A stretch of 64,000 bases of DNA from Spirochaetia bacterium (lineage in GTDB: Bacteria; Spirochaetota; Spirochaetia; UBA9216): assembly GCA_965140585.1 (NCBI GenBank), contig OZ223266.1:64001-128000 (forward strand), given 5' to 3'. Every line of letters starts with the position of its first letter. Position 1 is the first letter of the stretch. Under the pieces are notes generated by a model that was not told where the DNA came from, did no database searches, and worked only from the letters and a program-made list of their open reading frames with translations. Made by a program: the position numbers and the translations under genes. Positions 29,408-39,686 of this stretch are shown here, one piece after another.

Positions 29408-30185
29408 AACAGCAAAGTATAATTTTGATTCCTTTACTTTCACAGTAGATGTTGATGATGACTCCTGCCGTACTGTTTTCAGCAGAAGCGTTCCGGTCAT
29501 CTCAACTGCTGTTCTGGGCGGTGGAATGAGCTCAGCTTCATCGGTACTTAATATGAAGGTTAGGCAGAACTTTCTCGGACTCGAAACAGACTTTGTTGAG
29601 CCGGCTGAAAGTATAAGACTCTCTGCCTTGGAATATGGACTTCCCGCACCCTGTATCGGAATGATGACCGCCGCCTCAATGAACAGTTATTGTGATGCTC
29701 TGATTCAAGAGCAGGAGGTACGTGTTTTCTGCTGTCTTACCGCGGGGTTTTCAAATGCTCTGGCCGCCGGTGACAAAGCTTCATTTCTGCCGGAGTTTCT
29801 TGCTGAAAAACATTCCTGTAAACAATCTGAAATTAAGCCGGGTACTATCAATATCATAGCCGGGACTAATATTCCGCTTGCTCCGCAGGCAGCCTGTGAG
29901 GCCTTGATGATATGCAGTGAAGCCAAGACTGCCCTCATTCACGAACGCGGAATAAAAAGTACAGTTTCTGAAATGTATGCCACCGGAACAGGTACCGATT
30001 CAATCCTAGTTTTTTCTGCACCTGCAGCGGCATTTGGCGGTCCGGAAGGTTTCGGCAGCGAAGGAGAAAAATACTGCGGAAAGCATACAAAACTCGGTGA
30101 ACTTTTTGCCCGTGCGGTCCGGCAGGCTCTTGGCGGCTCAATTGATATTCTAAGCTCAGCAGGATTCGTGGTTACTGAAGTATAA
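29400..30185 (+). CDS. cbiZ: Adenosylcobinamide amidohydrolase
   Basis: STAVLGGG, GMMTAA, TAGFSNA, GTINI, EAKT, ATGTGTD and GKHTKLGE motifs. Confidence 0.9.
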   Translation: MNRTAKYNFDSFTFTVDVDDDSCRTVFSRSVPVISTAVLGGGMSSASSVLNMKVRQNFLGLETDFVEPAESIRLSALEYGLPAPCIGMMTAASMNSYCDALIQEQEVRVFCCLTAGFSNALAAGDKASFLPEFLAEKHSCKQSEIKPGTINIIAGTNIPLAPQAACEALMICSEAKTALIHERGIKSTVSEMYATGTGTDSILVFSAPAAAFGGPEGFGSEGEKYCGKHTKLGELFARAVRQALGGSIDILSSAGFVVTEV

Positions 30186-31157
30186 CGGGTTTTTCTGTTT
30201 TAATTCTTCTATCTTTTGTTCAGTCTGTTTCAGATGCGCGATGTAGTTCTGAGACTCAGGGTTTAAAGGCCGGTGATTAAGCGACTTCAGAAGTTTTGTA
30301 TAGCCGTCCAGAAACTCAAGGTATTGCGGAGTAAAAACAGAATTTATAAATCTTGAAAGAATGTACTCAACAGCTTCATCTGAAGGGTGGCAAAGATCTT
30401 TGGCATACCAGCGGTAGTCGCGAAGTTCATCCATCATAATCTCGTATGATGGAAAATACCATGAGCCTTCCGAATCATTTTTCACCGCTTCATCTATTGC
30501 GCAGCGCAGGACGGCCTTGCTCAGTGAATTTTCAGCAGGCTTATCACGCAGATGTCTTACGGGGCTCAGTGTCCATATGATGCGGATACCCGGATTCAGT
30601 TTGCGCAGTTTGCTGATTATAGACCGCATATTTTCTGACGCCTCATCAACGCTGAACATTTCCCGGGCAAAGGTTCCGGCGGATTGCTTGTGGCAGTTAT
30701 TCACAATCATACCGGTTTTTAAGTGCCTGTAAACAGCTGCTGTTCCCGCGGTTATTATAATGGCTTCAGCGCTTTCAAGAAATCTCCTGCATTGAGTAAG
30801 CGCTCTGTTGAGCATACCGCTGAATATTTCTGCATCTTCGCCATAGATTAGAGAGTGAAACATGTAGTGATAATATATTCCATCCCTTTCCAGAAGATCG
30901 GAAGGCTTTATCTCGCGGGATTCAATAACCAGTGCAAATGCAGTTTTCATGGCCGCAGGGTTGTAGATATTTCCAAAAGGGGTTATCTGCACGTTCAGAT
31001 TGGCAGTATGGAGTTCGTGGTACAGATAGTCAGCAAAACATGAGCCGGAGAACATTATGCCCCTGCCTTCAAGCCTCCATTCCGGCGGCTTGAAGTTTAC
31101 TGCGGAGATCTTTCTTCCTGTAAAATCATCAGAGTTTTTATATGAGAGAGAAATCAT
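30156..31157 (-). CDS. GSCFA domain protein (SGNH-like)
   Basis: GSCFA, PFGNIYNP, ITAGTA, NCHK, TLSPVRH, SKAVLR and YFPSYEIMMDELRDYRWY motifs. Start uncertain. Confidence 0.9.
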   Translation of the reverse strand: MISLSYKNSDDFTGRKISAVNFKPPEWRLEGRGIMFSGSCFADYLYHELHTANLNVQITPFGNIYNPAAMKTAFALVIESREIKPSDLLERDGIYYHYMFHSLIYGEDAEIFSGMLNRALTQCRRFLESAEAIIITAGTAAVYRHLKTGMIVNNCHKQSAGTFAREMFSVDEASENMRSIISKLRKLNPGIRIIWTLSPVRHLRDKPAENSLSKAVLRCAIDEAVKNDSEGSWYFPSYEIMMDELRDYRWYAKDLCHPSDEAVEYILSRFINSVFTPQYLEFLDGYTKLLKSLNHRPLNPESQNYIAHLKQTEQKIEELKQKNPLYFSNHESC

Positions 31158-33494
31158 AGTTGAAATCAGTCTCCTTGTCTCCCGGGGTTTCACGGCTGAA
31201 ATCATAAAAGGATGAGCAGCCCTTCTGTTCAGGAAGCGAAAGCACTTCCTGCGGAAAAATACAGGACAGAAAGCCTGGTTGGTCATGAACTGAATAATCT
31301 ATATCCTGCTGTGCCGGTGTTGCTACAGTAAAGAATTTACCCCGGCTGTCGTTGATGCTTCCTTCGACAGAAACCGAGGCTCTGGTTGCAAGCAGGAAGG
31401 GCTTTCCCCTTCTGTATATCTCAGCTTTTAACGGCCAGTGCTTCAGTGCTTCAGTTACTGCTTCATGATCAAGCTCAAGCCAGAGCTGAACCTTATCTGC
31501 TCCTGCTTTTTTAAGCTGTTCAGCAGCGTAGCTGTTTGCCGCAGCCAGCGGAAATCCGGAACTGATAGATATCTCCGGTTCAGGAACCCCTTCAGTATTA
31601 ATTCCGCCTTCTGTAATCCCGGCTTCCTTTAGAAGATTTATATGCGCTATGGATGAAATTCTGAATCTTCTGATACCCTTGCGGTAGGCTTCAATGATTT
31701 CTTCTTTCAGATCGGCAAGCCGGGCCTCGGGACAGAAGAATGGCAGAAGCAGTTCTTCTCCGCTTTTTGCTGCCTGCGTTAAATCTGCTGCCTTGATGAA
31801 ATCTGAAAGCCCTGTGTTCCGAACTCTGTTGCCGGGGTTGTAAACAGTCTGCTCCTGCTGTGCCTCCGGGGTTATACTGATTCTCCGCAATTCTTCTTTT
31901 TTTCTCTGATCATTATTAAAATCTTCAAGCCAGCTGCTGCCGTCCTTCGATTCAAGAAGCGGAGATATCTGTTCAGCAGCCCATTCCCAGAAGCCCCGGC
32001 GAAGCTTTTTAAGTCTTCCCGCAGGTAAAAACAGCTCACCGGTAATTTCTGCATCCAGTCTGCCAAGGCGTATTCTGGCTTCCCTTGTTGCAGTAAAGGC
32101 TTCCTGTAAATTATCTTCCGACAGCGGATGCTGCTGCGCCGTGTCAATTTCACTGCTGTCTTCCCAGACAAGAGCCTTTCCGGGTGAGGCTCCGTTTATA
32201 CCGCTGATCGAAATTTCCATTCCGGAATTACTCACCTTTATGCGGATATCTATTTCTGCAGGCTTGGAGTATAAAGGAAGATCCTTCGGAACTTTTACAG
32301 CCTCTTTTGATGTATCTCCAATTTTATAAATACGACCGCTTTGTGCGATTTCCTTATCGCAGTTGATAAAAACCTTATCGCCCTTAACCGCCAGGTTAAC
32401 CTGCTGCCGGTTTTTACTCATCTTTGTTATGGTGAAGGCAGGACCTTCGTCTCCGGTTTTTGTTTGTATTCTGATTCTGTCGCCGATATGCATCCGGCGG
32501 CTTACTGATGCTGTAAAGCCTCCATTCGCTGTTTTTACTACCTCGCCGGCAAGCATTCCCGATACACCGGGTGATTCATAGTGAATCAGACCGGCCATAT
32601 CATCTTCGGATATGAAACCGTGCGACCATTTTCTACCGTAAGAATTTGACAAGATATTTCTGGCTTCACCAAGTGTTCTGCTGCGCTGGCTTCTGTCGCA
32701 GTCGAGCATCATACGGTAGGCGGTAACCACGTTCTTCACGTAGTCAGCCTTTTTCAGGCGGCCTTCAATTTTTAGAGAAGCAACCCGGCTTCAGTAAGTT
32801 CATCCAGCATATCCAGGCTGTAATAATCCTGAGTACTGAAGAAGAACCCGCTTTTTTTTGTTCCGTTTTCATCGCTGTGAAAGCGTCTGCGGCAAGGCTG
32901 TTTACACCGCCCCCTGTTTCCGCTCCAGCCTCCCATCCATGATGAAAATAGACAGTGTCCGGATACCGAGCAGCAAAGCGCTCCGTGAACAAAGACTTCT
33001 ATCTCAAGAGGTGAGGCCTCTATAATTGATGAAAGTTCGGTCATGGTAATCTGGCGTTCGAGTATCACACGTTCAATACCGAAGGATTGGGCGGTCTTAA
33101 CCCCGGCACTGTTATGTATACCCATCTGGGTTGAGCCGTGGAGTGTAAGCTGAGGAAAATATCGTTTTAGAAATAGAGCAGCGCCGATATCCTGTATGAT
33201 AACCGCATCAGGCTCCAGGCCTGCTATCTTTTCAACTGATCGCCCGAAATCTTCAAGTTCATTTTCCTTGATAAGTGTATTGAGTGTCAGATAGAGCTTC
33301 TTTCCGAGTTTTTTCGTATGTGCTGACAGTCTGGACATGTCATCAAAGGTGAAATTTTCGCCCATCTCACGGGCGTTAAAGCGGCTTATTCCGGCATAGA
33401 CCGCATCAGCTCCGCTCTGAAATGCTGCAATTGCACATTCCAGGTTTCCGGCCGGAGCCAGCAGTTCCGGTTTTATTTTATCTTTTGCTTTCAT
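31138..33494 (-). CDS. Peptidase U32 family protein (RlhA-like, long form), frameshift near 32787
   Basis: PELLAPAG, GADAVY, LHGSTQM, EVFVHGALC, GNRGRCKQPCRR; then SLKIEGRLK in the next frame. Confidence 0.9.
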
Positions 33495-33538
33495 TCTCCA
33501 CTATCATACATTTCCGGAGGGCATAATTACAAGACCCG

Positions 33539-34162
33539 TCAGTAGTCCAGATCATCCAGAGATATTGAAAGGGTATATGTTGAGCAGAGATCTACACCCC
33601 ATTTCGTATAGGTGTCGCCATCTTCATCAACCATCCTGATATCAAAACTGCAGTGATCGCCGTAACCTGTAAAGCTGATAAAGTAAGAGTCTCCGGCAGC
33701 GAGTATTTCCCCCTCACCAAGAACATCTTCTTCCCAATCATCTGCGTAGTCGGGTGATACATAGATATAATAGATATCAAAGCCGGTATCATTCTGAATA
33801 GTGAAGTCCTGAACACCGCTTTCAGAGTCATCGACATAAAGATCGTCAATTGTGAAGACAACCTTGCTTCCGCTGCAGCTGTCAAAAGACCATATTATAT
33901 AGGCGTCATCTTCTTCATCCACAGCTCTTATGTCAAGATCACAGACATCGTAACCATCGATGTCCAGTTTTATATTCCCGCCGTCAAGCAGTACATCATC
34001 ACCAAGAACATCTTCTCCCCATTCATCAGAATCTGATGGAGAAACCTGAAGGTAGTAGAGATCATATCCTGTTTTATTGATTACAACGATTGAATCAGCA
34101 GAAGCAGCTGAAGCTGTGAACAGCAGAATTAAAAGTAATGCCGCAGATATCTTTTTGATCAT
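33539..34162 (-). CDS. Secreted acidic protein with two tandem copies of a ~85-aa domain
   Basis: Signal peptide; NKTGYDLYYLQVSP…WGEDVLG…CDLDIR and NDTGFDIYYIYVSP…WEEDVLG…CSFDIR. Confidence 0.8.
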   Translation of the reverse strand: MIKKISAALLLILLFTASAASADSIVVINKTGYDLYYLQVSPSDSDEWGEDVLGDDVLLDGGNIKLDIDGYDVCDLDIRAVDEEDDAYIIWSFDSCSGSKVVFTIDDLYVDDSESGVQDFTIQNDTGFDIYYIYVSPDYADDWEEDVLGEGEILAAGDSYFISFTGYGDHCSFDIRMVDEDGDTYTKWGVDLCSTYTLSISLDDLDY

Positions 34163-34223
34163 TGATTTCCTCCTGATATCTTCAGTATATGAAATCCTAA
34201 TATCTGGAGCAAATTTTGAAGTC

Positions 34224-34254
34224 CTGATACAGGCTCTTTTTTTGCCTGTATCAG
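34224..34254 (-). terminator. Stem-loop downstream of the PadR-HAAS pair
   Basis: ctgatacaggc…gcctgtatcag, an 11-bp perfect stem. Confidence 0.6.
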
Positions 34255-34270
34255 TTAATCTGCCGCTTTC

Positions 34271-35278
34271 CTAAATTCTGCCGGAAGGGAGTATGGTTAT
34301 GACTTTTCTGACAATGCTTATAAGTGTCAGAACAATCAGCAGAAGTAAAATTCCTGTGTACATTTTTCCAACAAGCGGAACAAGATCCGTCAGCCCGGCT
34401 TTAATAAATCCGTCCATCATAAGCAGAGCGGAGGGCCCTTTATACAGAAGTACAGAAAACATTCCAATGTCAAATAGTTCAAGAGCAGCGGTGGAAATGC
34501 TGTAATAATAGGTTCTGTTACGTCCGTTTTTAGTCCCCCTGCCTGCAATCAGCGTTATCAGTATCACCGCACCTGCAGCAAGCCTCAGTGTGAAAACCGG
34601 AAGCAGGTTGTATATGAAGGGGGAGAGTACCGGTGTAAAAACAGTAGGCTCAGCGCTGAAATCATAGATGCCTATTTTTGAGATAAACAGGTTCATAATA
34701 ATGATCAACACAGCAGCAGCTGCAATAGTGGCTATAATCTCCGCCTTTCCCGGGATTTTTGTTTTGATAGAAGGAAGTTCACTGAGTTTCCAGTCTCCGT
34801 CATCAATCGAAAAGCTTTTTTTATCTTTAACAAGTCTGTCAATTACTATGAATACAATAAATACTGTCCCGGTTACCTGCAGCAGAGAGCTGAATATCTC
34901 AAGGATCCGATGTAAGATCTCCATTCCGGTCATTTTTCCCATAAAAAAGACCCCGGTCAAAAGTGACACAGAGAAGGTTACTATCAGCACTATCTGAAGG
35001 ACCATTTTGAAAAACGGCATCAGTTCATTGCTGATCAGAGGTCTTTCCTCCCGATAGCGTGCAGCTATCCTTGCCGGTTTTCCGATTTTTCTTAATACCG
35101 GTTCAAGTATTTCCAGGTTAATCCTGCTTTCAGGATTTCCAGTTTCCTCCTCGAGCATATCGAGAATTGTAGATTCAAGTTCTCTGGAAATATCCATACG
35201 TTTTTTCATTGGCAAATGCCTTGATACCGCATGCAGGTAACGTTCTAAAATATCTTCGCTTTTACTGTCAAAAGTCAT
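34271..35278 (-). CDS. Membrane protein with an N-terminal HAAS-like domain
   Basis: LERYLHAVSRHLP…RMDISRELESTILD…LRKIGKPARIAARY, followed by several TM helices. Coupled to padR. Confidence 0.75.
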   Translation of the reverse strand: MTFDSKSEDILERYLHAVSRHLPMKKRMDISRELESTILDMLEEETGNPESRINLEILEPVLRKIGKPARIAARYREERPLISNELMPFFKMVLQIVLIVTFSVSLLTGVFFMGKMTGMEILHRILEIFSSLLQVTGTVFIVFIVIDRLVKDKKSFSIDDGDWKLSELPSIKTKIPGKAEIIATIAAAAVLIIIMNLFISKIGIYDFSAEPTVFTPVLSPFIYNLLPVFTLRLAAGAVILITLIAGRGTKNGRNRTYYYSISTAALELFDIGMFSVLLYKGPSALLMMDGFIKAGLTDLVPLVGKMYTGILLLLIVLTLISIVRKVITILPSGRI

Positions 35279-35613
35279 CTTATTATTCCCTCCATAGTGG
35301 AATTCTGTTCAAGCCAGTACTGTTTAAGCTTCAGATACATTCGCTCCCCGTCTTCGCTTGTACTGTAGTATTTGCGGGGTCGGGAGCCTTCAAGGATCCA
35401 TTCGCTTTTTAAAAGTCCCTGTTCCTCAAGGCGTCTTAAAAGCGGATACAGGGTATCCTGAGTAATTGTAAAATTTGAGTCATTCATATCCTTAAGAAGT
35501 TCATACCCGTATTTTGGTTTTTCAAGCAGCGACAATGCGGCAATTACCAGTACACCGCGCCTCAGCTCCTGTCCAAGTTTGTTAAACAGTTCTTTGCTTA
35601 CATCATTGTTCAT
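35275..35613 (-). CDS. PadR family transcriptional regulator
   Basis: ELRRGVL, YGYEL, TLYPLLRRLE and RPRKYY motifs. Start placed at MNND. Confidence 0.92.
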   Translation of the reverse strand: MNNDVSKELFNKLGQELRRGVLVIAALSLLEKPKYGYELLKDMNDSNFTITQDTLYPLLRRLEEQGLLKSEWILEGSRPRKYYSTSEDGERMYLKLKQYWLEQNSTMEGIIR

Positions 35614-35651
35614 AAATGTATAATAATGTGTAGTACACAGTAATGTCAAGT

Positions 35652-35683
35652 AAAAAGAGCATCAATTGGTCAAATTGATGCTC
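35652..35683 (-). terminator. Rho-independent terminator after the glycosyltransferase gene
   Basis: gagcatcaatt…aattgatgctc stem, followed by a T-run on the minus strand. Confidence 0.7.
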
Positions 35684-35697
35684 AGTCAGGTAAGATG

Positions 35698-36729
35698 TCA
35701 GGAAAAGACAAGGTTGAATTGTTTATTTTTAACTGGTTTAGGAGTATCTATGAAGGTCCTGATACGGTTAACCGCAGCAAGAGTAGAATCGTTGAAATTG
35801 AACATGCCCGGTTCGCTGCATGCGTAAGGAAAATTATCTATTGAAGTTAGGAATCTGCTGATGCATTTATCAGCATTATTGATATCACCGGCCAGCCCCC
35901 AGCCGGACCGCTCAAGCATAATTGCATTCAGCCGCTGCTCAAACTGCATTTTCTGCGGGAAGGCAAGGATTGGTTTTCTGAGGTACAGAGCTTCAGAGAG
36001 CATCTGATGCCCTGCAGGAGCAATTACTCCGGTACAACCGGCCAGTGCTTCTGCAAAATCCTTTTCGGGATCCGGGAATATCCTGAAATCGATCCCGGGG
36101 AAATTCTTCAGGCAGTCGGTAAGAATTTTTCGTGATGCCTGTTTTGTATAAACCAGAAAAAAACCCTGATCAGAGACTGTTCTGCTTTTTATATCGTCTC
36201 TGATTATAGGGCCGATATCTCCGCCGTAAAAAGAGCATATAAGATCACGGTTGGCAGGAGGCATCATCAGTCTGGCTCCAATCTTTGCCGCTACAGCATC
36301 CGGCTTTATCGAAAAATATTTCAAAACTATTCCGGGGTGGTTTAGGTTCATTACCGGAATCTTCAGTCCTGAGGCGGCAATAGAAGTAAAAGGCTCAAAA
36401 TCTGATATGAGCGCAGCTATTGAAAGCTCCTTCAGTTTTCTTCTGATTGTCTTTATTATTGTTCCAACATCAGCGATTTTCGGGATATTATCTGTAAAAG
36501 TTTTAATATAGTTAATTGAATGTCCCTCAATCCCGAAGTTGAGAACCGGAATATTTACAATTTCAGCATCCGGAAGATGTTCTTTAATGAATGCTGCGGT
36601 ACTGTAAGGTGTGAAAATGGTAATACGGTAGTAAGGCTGAAGCTGCTGAGCCAGAGCAATAGTCCTAGCCGCGTGACCCCTTCCTTCACCGGCACAGCCG
36701 AATGCAATTGTTTTCTTTATTTCATTCAT
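35698..36729 (-). CDS. Glycosyltransferase, MJ1255/VC2487-like (GT-B)
   Basis: GEGRGHAAR, ISDFEP, AGHQMLSEALYL.KP and QFEQRLNA motifs. Confidence 0.85.
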   Translation of the reverse strand: MNEIKKTIAFGCAGEGRGHAARTIALAQQLQPYYRITIFTPYSTAAFIKEHLPDAEIVNIPVLNFGIEGHSINYIKTFTDNIPKIADVGTIIKTIRRKLKELSIAALISDFEPFTSIAASGLKIPVMNLNHPGIVLKYFSIKPDAVAAKIGARLMMPPANRDLICSFYGGDIGPIIRDDIKSRTVSDQGFFLVYTKQASRKILTDCLKNFPGIDFRIFPDPEKDFAEALAGCTGVIAPAGHQMLSEALYLRKPILAFPQKMQFEQRLNAIMLERSGWGLAGDINNADKCISRFLTSIDNFPYACSEPGMFNFNDSTLAAVNRIRTFIDTPKPVKNKQFNLVFS

Positions 36730-36895
36730 AACAATTGCAGGTTAGACCTGCAGTGTTTTGAAAATGTTAAGCAGCAGTTAGTTTATAATAAATATTGTTA
36801 AATCGATTAAACAAAATTTAATATTAGAATAACTACCTGCTAACCGAATACAGCTTAAATATCCTCAACCTTTTTTAAAAAGGGAGGAAAAGGAT

Positions 36896-38260
36896 ATGAA
36901 AAAAAAGATTACAGTTATCGGTACAGGATATGTCGGTCTGGTTACTTCAGCAGGTTTGGCTGAGCTTGGGCATCAGGTGACAGCTGTAGATGTTGACTTC
37001 GGCAGAATCCGTGAACTTAAAAAAGGAATTATCCCATTTTATGAACCCGGACTTAAAAAGCTGGTGAGATCAGTCTTGACTGAAGGCCGGATTGATTTTA
37101 CCAATGACTGTTCCAGTGCTGTGGAAAAAGCGGATGCAGTGTTTATCGCCGTGGGTACACCGCGGACAGCTGAAGGCAGAGTTGATCTGCGTCAGATAAA
37201 TAAGGCTGTGGACAGTGTTGTAGAAAATATTTCCGATTATAAAACGATAGTCATAAAATCAACGGTTCCTCCCGGCACTTCATTGCGGCTGAAGGAAAGA
37301 ATCCTCTTTGAGGCAGATACTAATGATTTTGACCTTGTTTTCTGTCCCGAGTTTCTCAGGGAGGGAACGGCTGTACGTGATTTCTTTTATCCGGACCGGA
37401 TTGTATTCGGAGCAGATTCTGAACGGGCTTTCAGGGAAATGAATGAGATATACTTTCCAATCATTTCAAGAGAAGTTCCGGTTCTCAAATGCAGCCAGTC
37501 TTCGGCGGAGCTTATTAAATACGGTAGCAATGTAATGCTGGCTGCAAGGGTAGCGGTTATCAATGAACTTGCAGAGATTTCTGAAGCGGTGTCAGCTGAT
37601 ATTGAAGAAGTATCGGCCGGAATAGGGATGGATAAGAGAATAGGTCCCGATTTTCTGAAGGCCGGTCCCGGGTTTGGAGGAAGCTGCTTTGGAAAAGATA
37701 TTGAGGGGCTGGTTTCTACAGCTTCAAAAGTAGATTTGAATCTCAGCTTAATCAGTGAGATCACAGTCTCAAATGACAGACAGAAACGCCGGGTCGTATC
37801 TATGCTTTCAGGCCTTGCCGGCGGACTTGTTAAAGGAAAAACTATTACAGTGCTGGGACTTTCCTTCAAGGAAGATACCGATGATGTCAGGGATTCTTCT
37901 GCTTTTCCCGTAATTTCTGAACTTCTGAATGCCGGGGCTTTTGTTCAGGCTCATGATCCTGAGGCTTCAATTAACTTTGCTGCAGAGCTGCAGGATAAAC
38001 GTGTGACCTACTTCGAAACAGCGGAAGAGGCTCTCTCCGGGGCCGACGCAGTCATACTGCTGACTGCCTGGGATGAGTACAGGGATATTGATGCCGAAAA
38101 AGCCGGAACTCTTATGAATGACAGAATTGTTGTTGATGCAAGGAACTTTCTTGATAAAGAGGCCTTTCGTAAAGCCGGATTTAAATTCCAGGCTGTCGGA
38201 TCCTGTGCTGCATTAGGACGGCAGCATGTACCGGAACCCGAAATACTCAGCGTCAGATAA
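36896..38260 (+). CDS. ugd: UDP-glucose 6-dehydrogenase family
   Basis: GTGYVGL, KSTVPPG, PEFLREG, GFGGSCFGKD and GLSFK..TDD.R.S motifs. Confidence 0.9.
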   Translation: MKKKITVIGTGYVGLVTSAGLAELGHQVTAVDVDFGRIRELKKGIIPFYEPGLKKLVRSVLTEGRIDFTNDCSSAVEKADAVFIAVGTPRTAEGRVDLRQINKAVDSVVENISDYKTIVIKSTVPPGTSLRLKERILFEADTNDFDLVFCPEFLREGTAVRDFFYPDRIVFGADSERAFREMNEIYFPIISREVPVLKCSQSSAELIKYGSNVMLAARVAVINELAEISEAVSADIEEVSAGIGMDKRIGPDFLKAGPGFGGSCFGKDIEGLVSTASKVDLNLSLISEITVSNDRQKRRVVSMLSGLAGGLVKGKTITVLGLSFKEDTDDVRDSSAFPVISELLNAGAFVQAHDPEASINFAAELQDKRVTYFETAEEALSGADAVILLTAWDEYRDIDAEKAGTLMNDRIVVDARNFLDKEAFRKAGFKFQAVGSCAALGRQHVPEPEILSVR

Positions 38261-38284
38261 TTTGATATAATTTTTATTTCTGGA

Positions 38285-38320
38285 AAAGGGGATATCCGGA
38301 TGTTGCCGGGTATCCCCTTT
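38285..38320. terminator. Bidirectional terminator-like hairpin
   Basis: aaaggggatatccgg…ccgggtatccccttt, between the convergent ugd and MATE genes. Confidence 0.7.
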
Positions 38321-38324
38321 ATAA

Positions 38325-39686
38325 TCAGACCGTCTCCGCATTAGCCTCAGAATGTTTTTTCAGAAAATGCAGTACCATCAGAACTCCACCGGCTCCGCCT
38401 ATAATGTTGGTGATCATTGTTGCACCGAATATTCCGGTACCACCCAACAGCTTTCCTCCCAGAACGGCAAGAGGGATGTTCAGTATAAATGCTTTTGTTA
38501 TTGTAACAACTGCGGCATACTGAGGTTTATTCAGGGCGTTGAAGCTCATGCTGGCCATGCTTGTCATGGCAAAAAATCCATAGCTTATGCTGATTATACG
38601 CAGATATGATGCTCCGGCGTTGATAACCTCCGGATGCTCATTGAATAATGAGAGTATGGGGGAGGCCAGAAACTGAAATAAAATAAACATGAGGATACCC
38701 CAGCTTATGGATGCGATGCTGGTAAAGGCGATTCCCTTTTTTATTCTGTCAATCTGCTTTGCGCCCCAGTTCTGTCCCGTAAAAGGTGTCATGACTGCAG
38801 ACATGGCCATCGGAATTATCAATATCATCATTTCAAATTTGCTTGCAGCACCATACCCGGCTACAACCTCCTTTCCGTATCCGGAGAGCAGTCTGGTAAT
38901 AATACTCAGTGAAAAGGGGTTGATAGCCTGCACAACGGCAGCGGGAAATCCAACAAAAGCAATTTCCTTCCAGCTTTCAAAAGTTTTTTTCCATATTACT
39001 CTTTTGAATGACAGCAGTTTTTCTCTGAATGTCAGTATGTACAGGGAAAAAAACATTGAGCTTACTCTGGCGAATACTGTTGCAAGGGCAGCTCCCGCGA
39101 TTCCCATTTGGGGGAAGGGCCCGATGCCGAAAATCAGCAGAGGATCCAGAATAACATTAACCACCATTGAAATTATCATGTTGATACTTGGTGTCAGAGT
39201 ATCGCCTGTGGCTCTGATTACATTGTTGCCTGCCATAGGGATAACGACAAAGGGAAACCCGAAGTACCATATAAACATATACGATTTTATGAGTGGCAGG
39301 GTCTCAGGCCCTGCTCCAAGGGCTTTGAAAACGGGATCAATTGTTGAAATCCCGAGAATACCAAGAAGCAGAACTATAAGAATTGATAACATCATCCCAT
39401 CTGTCGTGAGCCTTTTTACCTTGTCATGGTTTCCGGATCCTATTGCCCTTGAAACAGTCGAGGAAAGACCTACTCCCATGCCCAGGGATACAGAATTGAG
39501 CACCATTATTACCGGGAAGGTGAAGCTCATTGCTGCCAGTTCTGTTGTTCCCAGCTGTCCTACGAAATATGTGTCAGCTGTATTGAAAGCCGACATTGCA
39601 AGGAAGCCGAAGAGCATCCCGCCTGCCATTTTAATAATTGTCGGAATTACCGGGTCTGCCGCCAGATTCAGTTTTTTTCTACTCAT
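38325..39686 (-). CDS. MATE family efflux transporter
   Basis: DTYFVGQLG, RATGDT..P, NVILDPLLIFG, GIAGAALAT and GQNWGA motifs. Confidence 0.92.
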   Translation of the reverse strand: MSRKKLNLAADPVIPTIIKMAGGMLFGFLAMSAFNTADTYFVGQLGTTELAAMSFTFPVIMVLNSVSLGMGVGLSSTVSRAIGSGNHDKVKRLTTDGMMLSILIVLLLGILGISTIDPVFKALGAGPETLPLIKSYMFIWYFGFPFVVIPMAGNNVIRATGDTLTPSINMIISMVVNVILDPLLIFGIGPFPQMGIAGAALATVFARVSSMFFSLYILTFREKLLSFKRVIWKKTFESWKEIAFVGFPAAVVQAINPFSLSIITRLLSGYGKEVVAGYGAASKFEMMILIIPMAMSAVMTPFTGQNWGAKQIDRIKKGIAFTSIASISWGILMFILFQFLASPILSLFNEHPEVINAGASYLRIISISYGFFAMTSMASMSFNALNKPQYAAVVTITKAFILNIPLAVLGGKLLGGTGIFGATMITNIIGGAGGVLMVLHFLKKHSEANAETV

